This document shows, piece by piece, positions 46,792 through 56,143 of a DNA stretch of 60,214 nt. How positions within the stretch are numbered: position 1 is the stretch's first letter; every line of letters begins with the position of its first letter. Made by a program: the position numbers and the translations under genes. Below the pieces are notes generated by a model. That model did not search any database and had not been told where the DNA came from. It worked only from the letters and a program-made list of their open reading frames with translations. The stretch comes from Minisyncoccia bacterium (GTDB taxonomy: Bacteria; Patescibacteriota; Minisyncoccia; Phycocordibacterales; CALRBL01): positions 1-60,214 of the forward strand of contig JBBRNV010000002.1 of the NCBI GenBank assembly GCA_038230075.1. The letters are read 5' to 3'.

Positions 46792-48294
46792 ATGAATTTT
46801 TTTACTCTAAAAGATAAACAACAGAAAAAGAAAGTGAAAGGTTTCCTTCTTGTTGGTATTCTTGTGTTTGCCTCTGTGGCGGTGCTTGTTTTAACAGCTA
46901 TTGTTACAGGTGCTGTTGTTAATATTCGTTTAGTAAATAGTGAAATTGATCGTGAGCAGGCATTTCATATTGCAGAATCAGGGATTGAATATTATCGATG
47001 GCATTTGGCTCACTTTGCAACAGACTATAACGACGGGCACGGATCAACTTCGACGGGTCCGTATATTCATCAATTAAATGATAAAGACGGAAATGCTCTT
47101 GGAAACTTTATTCTGACCGTCACTCCTCCGATTTCAGGATCAACCCTTGTTAAAATTCAGTCGAATGGAGTTGATGCAAACGGTGCAAGTACCACACGAA
47201 AAATTACTTCGACTTTGGCAATTCCATCACTTGCAAAATACGCCGTTGCTGCAAACGACAATATGCGTTTTGGTCCGGGAACTGTGGTGTATGGGCCAAT
47301 TCATTCAAATGCAGGTATTCGATTTGACGGATTAACATACAACCTTATGACAAGTGCTTTGTCTGCATACGACGACCCAGATCACAGTGGTGGGCAAGAG
47401 TTTGCAGTTCACACACACGTTAATGCTCCACCGTCATTAGGTGTTAACGACACATTTCGCTCTGCTGAAGCCCCGCCAGCTTCAGTTCCAAGTAGAACTG
47501 ACATATTTAAAGCAGGAAGACAGTTTCCTGTGAGTTCGATTGATTTTAGTGGATTCACCACCGATCTCTCTGCAATGAAAACAAAGGCGCAGGCGAGTAG
47601 TACCTACTATGCTCCGTCAGGCGCTCGTGGATACCACATTATTCTCAAAACTAACGGAACCTTCGATTTATATAGAGTAAATACTCTCATGAATGCTCCC
47701 GGAGGTTGTACTGATCCTTCAGGAAGTGATGCTACGTGGGGGACATGGTCTATTTCAGCGGCGGGAGGTTCACAAACACTCATTGGAAACTATTCTATTC
47801 CTAATAACGGTGTTATTTTCACCGAAGATAACCTTTGGATCGACGGACAAATTAATACAAAACGAATAACCATTGCAGCCGGAAAGTTTCCTGATAACGC
47901 AGCAACACGACCTGCCATAACGGTTAACTCAAACCTTACTTACACCAACTACACAGGAACTGATGTTATTGCCCTTGTTTCTCAAGGAAATGTGAATGTG
48001 GGCTTAAATAGTGCTGATAATCTTAGAATAGATGGCGCACTTGTTGCTCAAAACGGAAGAACAGGGCGTTATTACTACGATGATGGTAGTTGTGGCTCAA
48101 CTGCAGATCGAACAAGTATTACCCTGTATGGCATGTTAGCTACAAACTTACGATACGGATTCGCCTATACTGACGGAACAGGGTATGCGACACGAAATAT
48201 TACTTATGATGGAACACTTTTGTACGGTCCTCCTCCAAGTTTTCCACTCACTTCAAACCAGTACCAGACAATTTCTTGGGAAGAATTGAAATAG
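46792..48294 (+). CDS. Minor pilin PilX-like with large C-terminal domain
   Basis: KG|FLLVGILVF (no E5); EQAFHIAESGIEY; C-terminal ISWEEL. Confidence 0.82.
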   Translation: MNFFTLKDKQQKKKVKGFLLVGILVFASVAVLVLTAIVTGAVVNIRLVNSEIDREQAFHIAESGIEYYRWHLAHFATDYNDGHGSTSTGPYIHQLNDKDGNALGNFILTVTPPISGSTLVKIQSNGVDANGASTTRKITSTLAIPSLAKYAVAANDNMRFGPGTVVYGPIHSNAGIRFDGLTYNLMTSALSAYDDPDHSGGQEFAVHTHVNAPPSLGVNDTFRSAEAPPASVPSRTDIFKAGRQFPVSSIDFSGFTTDLSAMKTKAQASSTYYAPSGARGYHIILKTNGTFDLYRVNTLMNAPGGCTDPSGSDATWGTWSISAAGGSQTLIGNYSIPNNGVIFTEDNLWIDGQINTKRITIAAGKFPDNAATRPAITVNSNLTYTNYTGTDVIALVSQGNVNVGLNSADNLRIDGALVAQNGRTGRYYYDDGSCGSTADRTSITLYGMLATNLRYGFAYTDGTGYATRNITYDGTLLYGPPPSFPLTSNQYQTISWEELK

Positions 48295-48312
48295 TTTTGT
48301 ATAATGCTAGGT

Positions 48313-49104
48313 ATGAAGATACAACGAAAGCCTGCGAGTAAGAAAAAACTTATTGTTGCTAATTGGAAGATGAATCCCGAACTCTTAGGTGATGCAAAAA
48401 AGATTCTTCAAAAAATAAAAAAAGGAATTACTCGAGCAAAACATTCCGATGTGGTATTTTGTCCACCAGCTCTCTTTCTCGGAGATCTTCGAGGAAAAAG
48501 CGTTTCGTTAAAAACAGGAAAAGTTTCTTACGGTGTACAAAACATTACTACTGAAGTACAAGGAGCTCATACGGGTGAAATTTCTGCAGAAATGGCTAAA
48601 AGTGCAGGGGTGCGATATGCTATCGTCGGACACTCTGAAAGAAGGGCACTCGGAGAAGATGATCTGCTGATTGCCAAGAAAGTTGCCGCCGCCCTTCGTG
48701 CCGATATAACTCCCATTCTGTGCATTGGCGAACTTAAAAGAGATGAAACAGGAGAGTCACTTCAGATTCTGTACTCACAACTTAAGGCTAGTCTTGGATT
48801 GGTGGCGGTAAATAATATTTCAAAAGTGGTAATCGCATACGAACCAGTGTATGCGATTGGAGCCGCTCAAGCAGTTACACCTCACCATGTTCACGAACGA
48901 AACATATTCATTAAGAAAGTACTCACAGAGTTATTTGGAAAAGATAATGCATTTAAGGTGAAGATTTTATACGGAGGATCTGCTGATGAAACAAATGCAA
49001 AAGCGCTAGTTGGTGACGGTGCCGTCGACGGACTTCTTTTAGGCAGAGCGAGTGTTAACCCAGAAACGTTTATTACGATAGTGAAAGAGATAGATCAATT
49101 ATAA
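48313..49104 (+). CDS. tpiA: Triosephosphate isomerase
   Basis: ANWKMN, GAHTGEIS, VGHSERR, AYEPVYAIG, LYGGS. Confidence 0.96.
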   Translation: MKIQRKPASKKKLIVANWKMNPELLGDAKKILQKIKKGITRAKHSDVVFCPPALFLGDLRGKSVSLKTGKVSYGVQNITTEVQGAHTGEISAEMAKSAGVRYAIVGHSERRALGEDDLLIAKKVAAALRADITPILCIGELKRDETGESLQILYSQLKASLGLVAVNNISKVVIAYEPVYAIGAAQAVTPHHVHERNIFIKKVLTELFGKDNAFKVKILYGGSADETNAKALVGDGAVDGLLLGRASVNPETFITIVKEIDQL

Positions 49105-49128
49105 ATATAAAAAATCCCAACCTGTTAT

Positions 49129-50307
49129 ATGAATGGAATCAAAAGTATTAAAGAAGCAGGGGATTTAAAAGGAATAAAAGTATTACTACGAGTTGATTTT
49201 AATGTTGCAATCGAAAAGACACCCGAAGGAGATGTTGTTCGCGATGACTATCGATTGAAACGATCTATTCCAACCATTAAATATTTATTGCTTGCAGGTG
49301 CACGAGTAATTTTAATTAGCCACATTGAGTCAAACGATACAACTCTTGGAGATAAGGCTAGTTTGAAGCCTGTTTTTGAATATATTCAGAAAAACTTTGC
49401 AAAAGATATTCGACAAATCTACTTTTTTGAAGATGCAATTAGTGATGCGGGAAAAAAAGCTGCCGACATTTTAAAAGATGGTGAGGTGGTATTGTTTGAA
49501 AACATTCGACGATACGAAGGAGAGAAAAATAATGATGAAAAGTTTGCAAAAGAATTAGCGTCCCTTGCTGATATCTATGTTAACGACGCTTTTGCAGTAT
49601 CACACCGTTCACATGCATCAATTGTTGGAGTTCCAAAGTATCTTCCCCATTTTGCTGGTCTCCTTCTTCAAGAAGAAATTAAGGCGCTTGATCCTGAACA
49701 AGAAATTCCTCGACCATTTTTGTTTATTCTTGGTGGCGCAAAGTTTGAAACAAAACTTCCTTTAATTACAAAGTATTTAGAAAAAGCGGATACGGTATTT
49801 GTTGGAGGCGCACTTGCAAATGATCTGTTCAAAACAAAAGGATACGAAGTGGGAGCATCACTTCTTTCAAAAGATGAAACAATCGAAGTGTCTCTTAGAA
49901 GTATTATTAATGACAAGAAATTAGTTGTTCCTCAAGATGTGTGGGTAATGTCGGGAAATCATCAAGAGATTAAAGATTCCAAGACTGTTTTAAAAAGCGA
50001 CAGTATTAAAGATGCTGGAAGCGCAGCAGTTAATCAACTAAAAGATCTTATTAATAAGTCGCGATATGTCTTATGGAATGGTCCACTTGGAGGATACGAA
50101 CAAGGTTATGAGTACGCAAGTCTCGAGTTGGCCAAATTACTTGGTGATAGTGAAGCTCGAACGGTTGTTGGAGGGGGAGATACGTTAGCTGCTATTAAAA
50201 AAGCCAACGTTTTTGAAAAACTTAGCTTCGTTTCAACAGGAGGAGGAGCAATGCTTGAATTTCTCGAGAAAGGAACGTTGGTTGGAGTTGAAGCGTTGAA
50301 AAATTAG
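49129..50307 (+). CDS. pgk: Phosphoglycerate kinase
   Basis: LRVDFNV, NDAFAVSHR, WNGPLG, GGGDT, STGGGA. Confidence 0.97.
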   Translation: MNGIKSIKEAGDLKGIKVLLRVDFNVAIEKTPEGDVVRDDYRLKRSIPTIKYLLLAGARVILISHIESNDTTLGDKASLKPVFEYIQKNFAKDIRQIYFFEDAISDAGKKAADILKDGEVVLFENIRRYEGEKNNDEKFAKELASLADIYVNDAFAVSHRSHASIVGVPKYLPHFAGLLLQEEIKALDPEQEIPRPFLFILGGAKFETKLPLITKYLEKADTVFVGGALANDLFKTKGYEVGASLLSKDETIEVSLRSIINDKKLVVPQDVWVMSGNHQEIKDSKTVLKSDSIKDAGSAAVNQLKDLINKSRYVLWNGPLGGYEQGYEYASLELAKLLGDSEARTVVGGGDTLAAIKKANVFEKLSFVSTGGGAMLEFLEKGTLVGVEALKN

Positions 50308-50717
50308 CTGTTCATCGCCGCGCGAATTTTTTCAGCCACTTCTTTCTGCTCTCCTTCTTTGTACTGCATTCGTTCGCCAAAATGCATAGGTACTCCTTTA
50401 TATCGTGGAATCACATGTACATGGAGGTGTAACAATTCTTGTCCTCCATCTGGTCGGTTATTAATAAGCACATTCATTCCATCGAGATGAAGTGCTTTTT
50501 CGAGTATATGAGCAGTTCGTTTTGCTTCAATCATGACGCTTCCAAAGAGTTTTTCACTGATAGTAAATGTATCGCTTTCATGAGATTTTGGAATAACCAA
50601 AGTGTGACCAATACTGAGGGGATTGTTATCAAGAAAGACAAAAACGTCGTCAGTTTCATACAATTTTGCAGTTGGAATCTTGCCTGAAGCGATATCGCAT
50701 AATATACAAGGGTTCAT
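50304..50717 (-). CDS. HIT-family hydrolase
   Basis: CILCDI, GHTLVIPK, HLHVHVIPR. Confidence 0.93.
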   Translation of the reverse strand: MNPCILCDIASGKIPTAKLYETDDVFVFLDNNPLSIGHTLVIPKSHESDTFTISEKLFGSVMIEAKRTAHILEKALHLDGMNVLINNRPDGGQELLHLHVHVIPRYKGVPMHFGERMQYKEGEQKEVAEKIRAAMNS

Positions 50718-50796
50718 GCAAACACTTTAACACAAAGTCGTCATTCGTCGCTATTTATAGCCATCCTTGGCATGATACAATGCCTCCATATTTGAT

Positions 50797-52617
50797 ATGT
50801 CACCCGTACATCCGCCAATTCCTGAAGAGACAAATAAAGAACTCGAAGAATATTCAGAATTACTTCGCCACCTGCTCTTTCATCGTGGTGTAAAGACTCG
50901 AGAAGAAGCAGAAAAGTTTCTTCGGCCAAAATATGAAGACAATCACGATCCATTCTTAATGCCAGGAATGGAAAAAGCAGTTGAGCGTTTTTTGAAAGCG
51001 ATCGATTCAAATGAACACATTGTGGTGTATAGCGATTACGATGCTGATGGAATTCCAGGAGCTGTTTTATTTGCCAGTTTTTTGAAGAAAATTGGATATC
51101 TTAATTACTCACACTACGTTCCTGACCGTCACGAAGAAGGATTTGGAGTGAACATTGATGCCATTAATGAAATTGTCGCTCGACGTGATGCGTTAAGGGC
51201 TGACAAAAGTTCAGGCACAACAGAAATTTTCATGATAACGATTGATTGTGGTATTTCAGATGTAATTCCTCTCAAAAAAGCGTACGAATCAAAGATTGAT
51301 GTCGTTGTGACAGATCACCATTTGCCTGGGCTTGAGCTTCCAAAAGCATATGCCATTGTAAATCCAAAAGTAGAAGAAAAGGTTGGAAAGAAAAAGATGG
51401 TGTACCCCTTTGATATGCTTTGTGGTTCTGGAGTTATTTTTAAATTTGTTCAAGGTGTTCTTGCAAAAAGAAGCTTTGAAGAAAAAGGAATGAAAGCGGG
51501 TCAAGAGAAATGGTTATTAGATATGGTAGGAATCGCGACTTTGTCTGACATGGTTCCACTTGTTGGTGAAAATAGAATTTTTGCACACTACGGGTTAGCG
51601 GTACTTCGAAAGTCTCCTCGAATTGGGCTTCGAAAGCTTCTTGCAAAGCAGCGAATTAATCAGGGAACACTTTCAGAAGATGATATTGGTTTTACTATTT
51701 CTCCTCGTATTAATGCAGCATCACGAATGGGAAAAGCAGAATTTGCACTCAACTTATTTCTTGCAGATGACGAAATTGAAGCAGATCGCCTTGCTACTAT
51801 TCTTCAGAAGTTAAATGATGAACGAAAAGGAGTGGTTGCTTCAATTGTTAAACAACTGCACAAAGAGCTCGAAGAAGAAGCAATTTCAAAAGATTTGGCA
51901 GAATATAGTCGGCCGGTGATTGTAAGGGGAAATCCATTATGGCGACCATCACTTATGGGACTCGCTGCTAACTCGATGGTCGAACGATATCGTTGTCCTG
52001 TGTTTTTGTGGGGAAGAGGAGAAGAGTTTGATATTACGAGTGAGGGAAATATTAAAGGATCATGCAGATCTGATGGAACGGTGAGTGTGGTTGAAGTGAT
52101 GCGAAAAGCAGAAGTAATCGCTAAAGAAGAGTTGGGTAAAGAATTGTTTTTACATGCAGGTGGGCATGCAATGTCTGGAGGTTTTGCGGTGACACATGAA
52201 CACGTGCATATTATTCCTGAATATTTAGAAAAAGCTGTTGTTGCTATTGGAAGAGTTGATCGTTTTCAAGCACTCACCGCAGATTTGGTATTAACACTTG
52301 ATGAAGTAGATCAGCGACTATTTGTTGAGCTTTCAAAACTCGGACCTTTCGGTGAAGGAAATCAAAAGCCATTATTTTTATTTAAAGATATTGTTCCCAA
52401 AGATCTAAAACAATTTGGAAAAAACAAAGAACATTTTCAAATGAGTTTTGCAAAAAGTCGTGGAGGAGTTTTAAATGCAATTTCATTCTTTACTCGACCA
52501 ATTGATTTTCAAACAGAGCCTGTTGGTGGGAGACCGCTTTCAATGCTCGCACACGTCGAGCACTCAAGTTTTATGGGAAGAAGTGAAATTCGATTGAGAG
52601 TGGTTGAGGTAATGTAG
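50797..52617 (+). CDS. recJ: Single-stranded DNA exonuclease RecJ
   Basis: DYDADG, ITIDCG, TDHH, PRINAASR, GGHAMSGG, PFGEGN. Confidence 0.96.
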   Translation: MSPVHPPIPEETNKELEEYSELLRHLLFHRGVKTREEAEKFLRPKYEDNHDPFLMPGMEKAVERFLKAIDSNEHIVVYSDYDADGIPGAVLFASFLKKIGYLNYSHYVPDRHEEGFGVNIDAINEIVARRDALRADKSSGTTEIFMITIDCGISDVIPLKKAYESKIDVVVTDHHLPGLELPKAYAIVNPKVEEKVGKKKMVYPFDMLCGSGVIFKFVQGVLAKRSFEEKGMKAGQEKWLLDMVGIATLSDMVPLVGENRIFAHYGLAVLRKSPRIGLRKLLAKQRINQGTLSEDDIGFTISPRINAASRMGKAEFALNLFLADDEIEADRLATILQKLNDERKGVVASIVKQLHKELEEEAISKDLAEYSRPVIVRGNPLWRPSLMGLAANSMVERYRCPVFLWGRGEEFDITSEGNIKGSCRSDGTVSVVEVMRKAEVIAKEELGKELFLHAGGHAMSGGFAVTHEHVHIIPEYLEKAVVAIGRVDRFQALTADLVLTLDEVDQRLFVELSKLGPFGEGNQKPLFLFKDIVPKDLKQFGKNKEHFQMSFAKSRGGVLNAISFFTRPIDFQTEPVGGRPLSMLAHVEHSSFMGRSEIRLRVVEVM

Positions 52618-52672
52618 ATAAAAATAACAATGTATTTGACGGAAGTGACTACTTATTGTATTTTACTTTTAG

Positions 52673-53041
52673 ATGCCTCCCTCAGAATCTACTCTTACAA
52701 TCGCCGTGATCAATCAAGATTTGATTGAATGCGGTGTTCACCCCTTTCTTCTCACCCCAACACTCTCTAGAGAATTTTTGCTCGAACTTCGTTGGCTTGC
52801 TGCCGGCAAAGTGAGGCCTTGTGTTCTTAATGAAATTGCTTCAAAACCCGCTTCCTATGATGTGAAAGTTTTGGCTGCTATCAGGGGTGAAAACCTTGTT
52901 GTGGTCAAAACAGCTTACTTAGTGAGCTTCAGAGCTTTTTTCAAGAAGCTCAAAGTTAAAATTTTGTTTCCTATTGATCCACATCGAAAGGTGAAGGTCT
53001 CACACCGAGATGTCCATACTTGGCAACCTTATGCATATTAA
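52673..53041 (+). CDS. Hypothetical protein
   Basis: 122 aa ORF filling the recJ-rnhA gap; no motif recognised. Confidence 0.5.
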   Translation: MPPSESTLTIAVINQDLIECGVHPFLLTPTLSREFLLELRWLAAGKVRPCVLNEIASKPASYDVKVLAAIRGENLVVVKTAYLVSFRAFFKKLKVKILFPIDPHRKVKVSHRDVHTWQPYAY

Positions 53042-53198
53042 GTTTTAGTCGCAAAGTATCTCTTTGCACCGTGAACAGCGCCCACGATATTGGCGCACTC
53101 GCAATGCAGCTGTATGAATATACAATCGGTTCCAAGCCCGAATATATGCAGAGGACGAGTTTCTATAATTTAGATTGAAAATAAGGTAGAGTTATCTC

Positions 53199-53966
53199 AT
53201 GAATATTACTATTTTTACCGACGGATCATCACGAGGAAATCCTGGAAAGGGAGGATGGGGCGCCGTGTGTGTTTATCCTAAATCAAGTGGAGAAATGAGA
53301 GTTGATGAACTCGGAGGGGCAGAGTCAGGGGTGACAAATAATCAAATGGAGCTCACTGCTGCAATCGAAGCCCTTAAGAACTTTACTGGTTTTTATGATG
53401 TCTCGGAGTTAGGCACAATGACCTATGAACTGTATACAGATTCTTCGTATGTTATTAATGGAATTACCAAATGGGTGAATGGATGGCAAAAGAATGGATG
53501 GATAACAAGTGCTAAAGAAGAAGTGCAAAATAGAAATTTGTGGGAACAGTTAGTTGAAGCGACTAAAGAAAAAGATGTTTCGTGGAAATATATAGGAGGA
53601 CATCGTGGTATTTCAGGCAACGAACGTTGTGACGAAATTGCTACTGCATTTGCAGACTCACTTACCGAATATGGTCAGAATAGTGAAATGATTCCTCAAC
53701 TATACAAAGGATCACTCACTGACTATCAAATAGATATTTTAAATATTGAAGTTGATGAAACAAAAAGCGCAGAACGATCAGATGCAAAAAGTAGATCAAA
53801 AATAAAAGCATATTCATATGTCAGTTTGGTGAATGGAAAAATTGCTATTGATAGCACATGGACTGATTGTGAGAAACGTGTAAAAGGAACAAAGAATGCA
53901 CGATACAAAAAGTCGGTTTCAAAATCAGATGAAGATGTAATCGTTAAAGATTTTCTAGGAAAGTAA
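53199..53966 (+). CDS. rnhA: Ribonuclease HI with C-terminal hybrid-binding-like domain
   Basis: FTDGSSRGNPGKGG, TNNQMEL, DSSY, GHRGISGNERCD; C-terminal TWTDCEKRVKG..ARYKK. Confidence 0.92.
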   Translation: MNITIFTDGSSRGNPGKGGWGAVCVYPKSSGEMRVDELGGAESGVTNNQMELTAAIEALKNFTGFYDVSELGTMTYELYTDSSYVINGITKWVNGWQKNGWITSAKEEVQNRNLWEQLVEATKEKDVSWKYIGGHRGISGNERCDEIATAFADSLTEYGQNSEMIPQLYKGSLTDYQIDILNIEVDETKSAERSDAKSRSKIKAYSYVSLVNGKIAIDSTWTDCEKRVKGTKNARYKKSVSKSDEDVIVKDFLGK

Positions 53967-54030
53967 TATCATCATATCCAGTTTAGGTTTTCTTTAAAGT
54001 TATTTTATGGATAGGCGTTAAGTTGTGTAG

Positions 54031-55581
54031 ATGGAATCGCGTCTTTCCAATCAAATTTTTGGTATATATCTCGCTTCTTTTTGTTTTGGCATTGTCGCTG
54101 CAGAAGAATTAGTATTCTCTTTTATAATCAGCATTGATATTTTTCTTATTGGGCTTTTCTATTTTCTTAAACGTCGATTCAACAATGGTCTTTATAAAGT
54201 TACTTTCATTATCTTTTTTATAGCAGCAGTATCTTTCGGTGCTGGAGCCCTTCGTCTCTATATTTTTGATCTTAAGAAACTTCCTGATGTTTTCGAATCA
54301 AAACTCGGTATAGTGCAGAACTATCAAGGGGTTATTACGAGTGAGATAGAAAGAAGGGGAGCCAAACAACGTTTTGTATTACAAGTGAGCGATCATTCTG
54401 AGTTAGTGAATGTGTTGCTAACCACTGCGCCATACCCCGAGTATCACTACGGAGATGAGGTGTCGGTAAAAGGCGCACTTCTTCATCCTGTCGATTTTAA
54501 GACTGATACAGGAAACTTTTTTGACTACGACACCTATCTTGCAAAGAGCGATATTTTTTATGTGATGAAAAATACAGAAGTTTCGTTAAGATCTAAAAAT
54601 AAAGGAAATTTTATTCTCTCATGGCTTTATGCTCTGAAAGTAAAATTAATTAGTCAGATTGATTCTACACTTCCTAGTCCAGAGAGTTCTCTACTTGCTG
54701 GTCTGCTTATTGCAGGAAAGAAAGCGATTCCAGCCGATGTAATGAATGATTTTAAAATTGCCGGAGTTGTTCATATTGTAGTTCTCTCTGGATATAACGT
54801 TACAATTGTCGCTGTTGCATTTATGGCAATACTTAGTTTTTTGCGAAAACAATATCGTCTTATTGTTGGAGCTGTTTTTATTATTTTATTTTCACTTATG
54901 GTTGGAGAAACTGCTACCGTTGTTCGTTCAGTCATCATGGCACTCGTTGCTCTTTGTGCTCAGGCCTATTATTCAAATTATGATGTTATGAGAGCCTTGT
55001 TGTTAAGTGCATTTGGAATGCTGCTTTGGAATCCTTTATTTTTGGCGCACGATCCATCATTTCAATTGAGTTTTTTAGCAACGCTCGGATTAATGCTCGT
55101 CTCTCCATTGATTACAGAATTGTTTAGTAACTACATTCCTTGGTTTCCAGAAGTTTTGGGAATAAAAGAATTGGTGATTGCTACACTCGCGACACAACTT
55201 TTCGTTCTGCCCTTTATTGTGTATGGGAGTGGTGTTATTTCATTGGTTGCTCTTCCTGTAAATATGTTGGTACTCATTTGTATCCCTCTTACCATGCTCA
55301 TTGGTTTTATCTCACTTTGTGTTAACTGGCTCTTACAACTTAGTATTCTTCATCAATTTACCAATCTCTCATATCCTTTAGTGTTTAGTGTCTATCTTAT
55401 GCTTTCATATGAGCTTTTTATTACACACTTTTTTGCATCACTTCCACATGCTGCCATATACACAAAACACGTTCCTTTATGGAGCGTGTTTGTTATCTAT
55501 CTTCTATATACTTTTATTTTGTGCTTTATTTACCGCCGTCGTGAGCTTGAAGAAAACGCTTCTCTGAAACCTCCCAGTTAA
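54031..55581 (+). CDS. comEC: ComEC/Rec2 competence channel (DUF4131 + membrane domain, no MBL)
   Basis: GVVHIVVLSGYNV, VVRSVIMA, DPSFQLSFLAT, LPVNMLV. Confidence 0.92.
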   Translation: MESRLSNQIFGIYLASFCFGIVAAEELVFSFIISIDIFLIGLFYFLKRRFNNGLYKVTFIIFFIAAVSFGAGALRLYIFDLKKLPDVFESKLGIVQNYQGVITSEIERRGAKQRFVLQVSDHSELVNVLLTTAPYPEYHYGDEVSVKGALLHPVDFKTDTGNFFDYDTYLAKSDIFYVMKNTEVSLRSKNKGNFILSWLYALKVKLISQIDSTLPSPESSLLAGLLIAGKKAIPADVMNDFKIAGVVHIVVLSGYNVTIVAVAFMAILSFLRKQYRLIVGAVFIILFSLMVGETATVVRSVIMALVALCAQAYYSNYDVMRALLLSAFGMLLWNPLFLAHDPSFQLSFLATLGLMLVSPLITELFSNYIPWFPEVLGIKELVIATLATQLFVLPFIVYGSGVISLVALPVNMLVLICIPLTMLIGFISLCVNWLLQLSILHQFTNLSYPLVFSVYLMLSYELFITHFFASLPHAAIYTKHVPLWSVFVIYLLYTFILCFIYRRRELEENASLKPPS

Positions 55582-56140
55582 GATTTTCAAAAAATGCTTC
55601 TACATATTTTTTCTTTTCCGAAGGGGCATAATCGAGCATGTATGAATGTTCCCACATATCGAGACCAAGAATAAAGTGTGCGCCGTTTAGTTGTCCAAGA
55701 TGTTGTTCTTCAACCCAAGCGTGAACTAATTTCTTTTGAATTGGATCAAAGTAGAGAACTGCCCATCCAACACCTCGAGTCATTGCAACTGCTTTGAAAC
55801 GAGCAAGCCACGCATCAAAAGAACCCCACTCTGCAATGATGGCTTCTTGTAGTTTACTTTCTGATGATAATAACGTTTTTCCTCCTTCAAAATTCTCAAA
55901 ATAGAATTCATGATTTCTCATTCCATCGAATTCAAAACTAAATCGTCGTTGTAGTTCTCCAAGTACAAATGCATTTTTTTCAGCATCTGCACTGTATTCG
56001 GTAATTTTGTCGAGAATGAGATTGGTGTGTTTAACATAGCCAGCATAAAGCTTGCTGTGCTCTTCAATTGTCTTTGCACTTATTCCTTGAAGTTCAGGAA
56101 TATTGAACTTTTTTTCTTCATATCGTGTTGATGTTGTCAT
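55526..56140 (-). CDS. sod: Fe/Mn superoxide dismutase
   Basis: EEHSKLYAGYV, MRNHEFYF, LDMWEHSYMLDY; metal ligands present. Confidence 0.92.
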   Translation of the reverse strand: MTTSTRYEEKKFNIPELQGISAKTIEEHSKLYAGYVKHTNLILDKITEYSADAEKNAFVLGELQRRFSFEFDGMRNHEFYFENFEGGKTLLSSESKLQEAIIAEWGSFDAWLARFKAVAMTRGVGWAVLYFDPIQKKLVHAWVEEQHLGQLNGAHFILGLDMWEHSYMLDYAPSEKKKYVEAFFENLNWEVSEKRFLQAHDGGK

Positions 56141-56143
56141 GCC

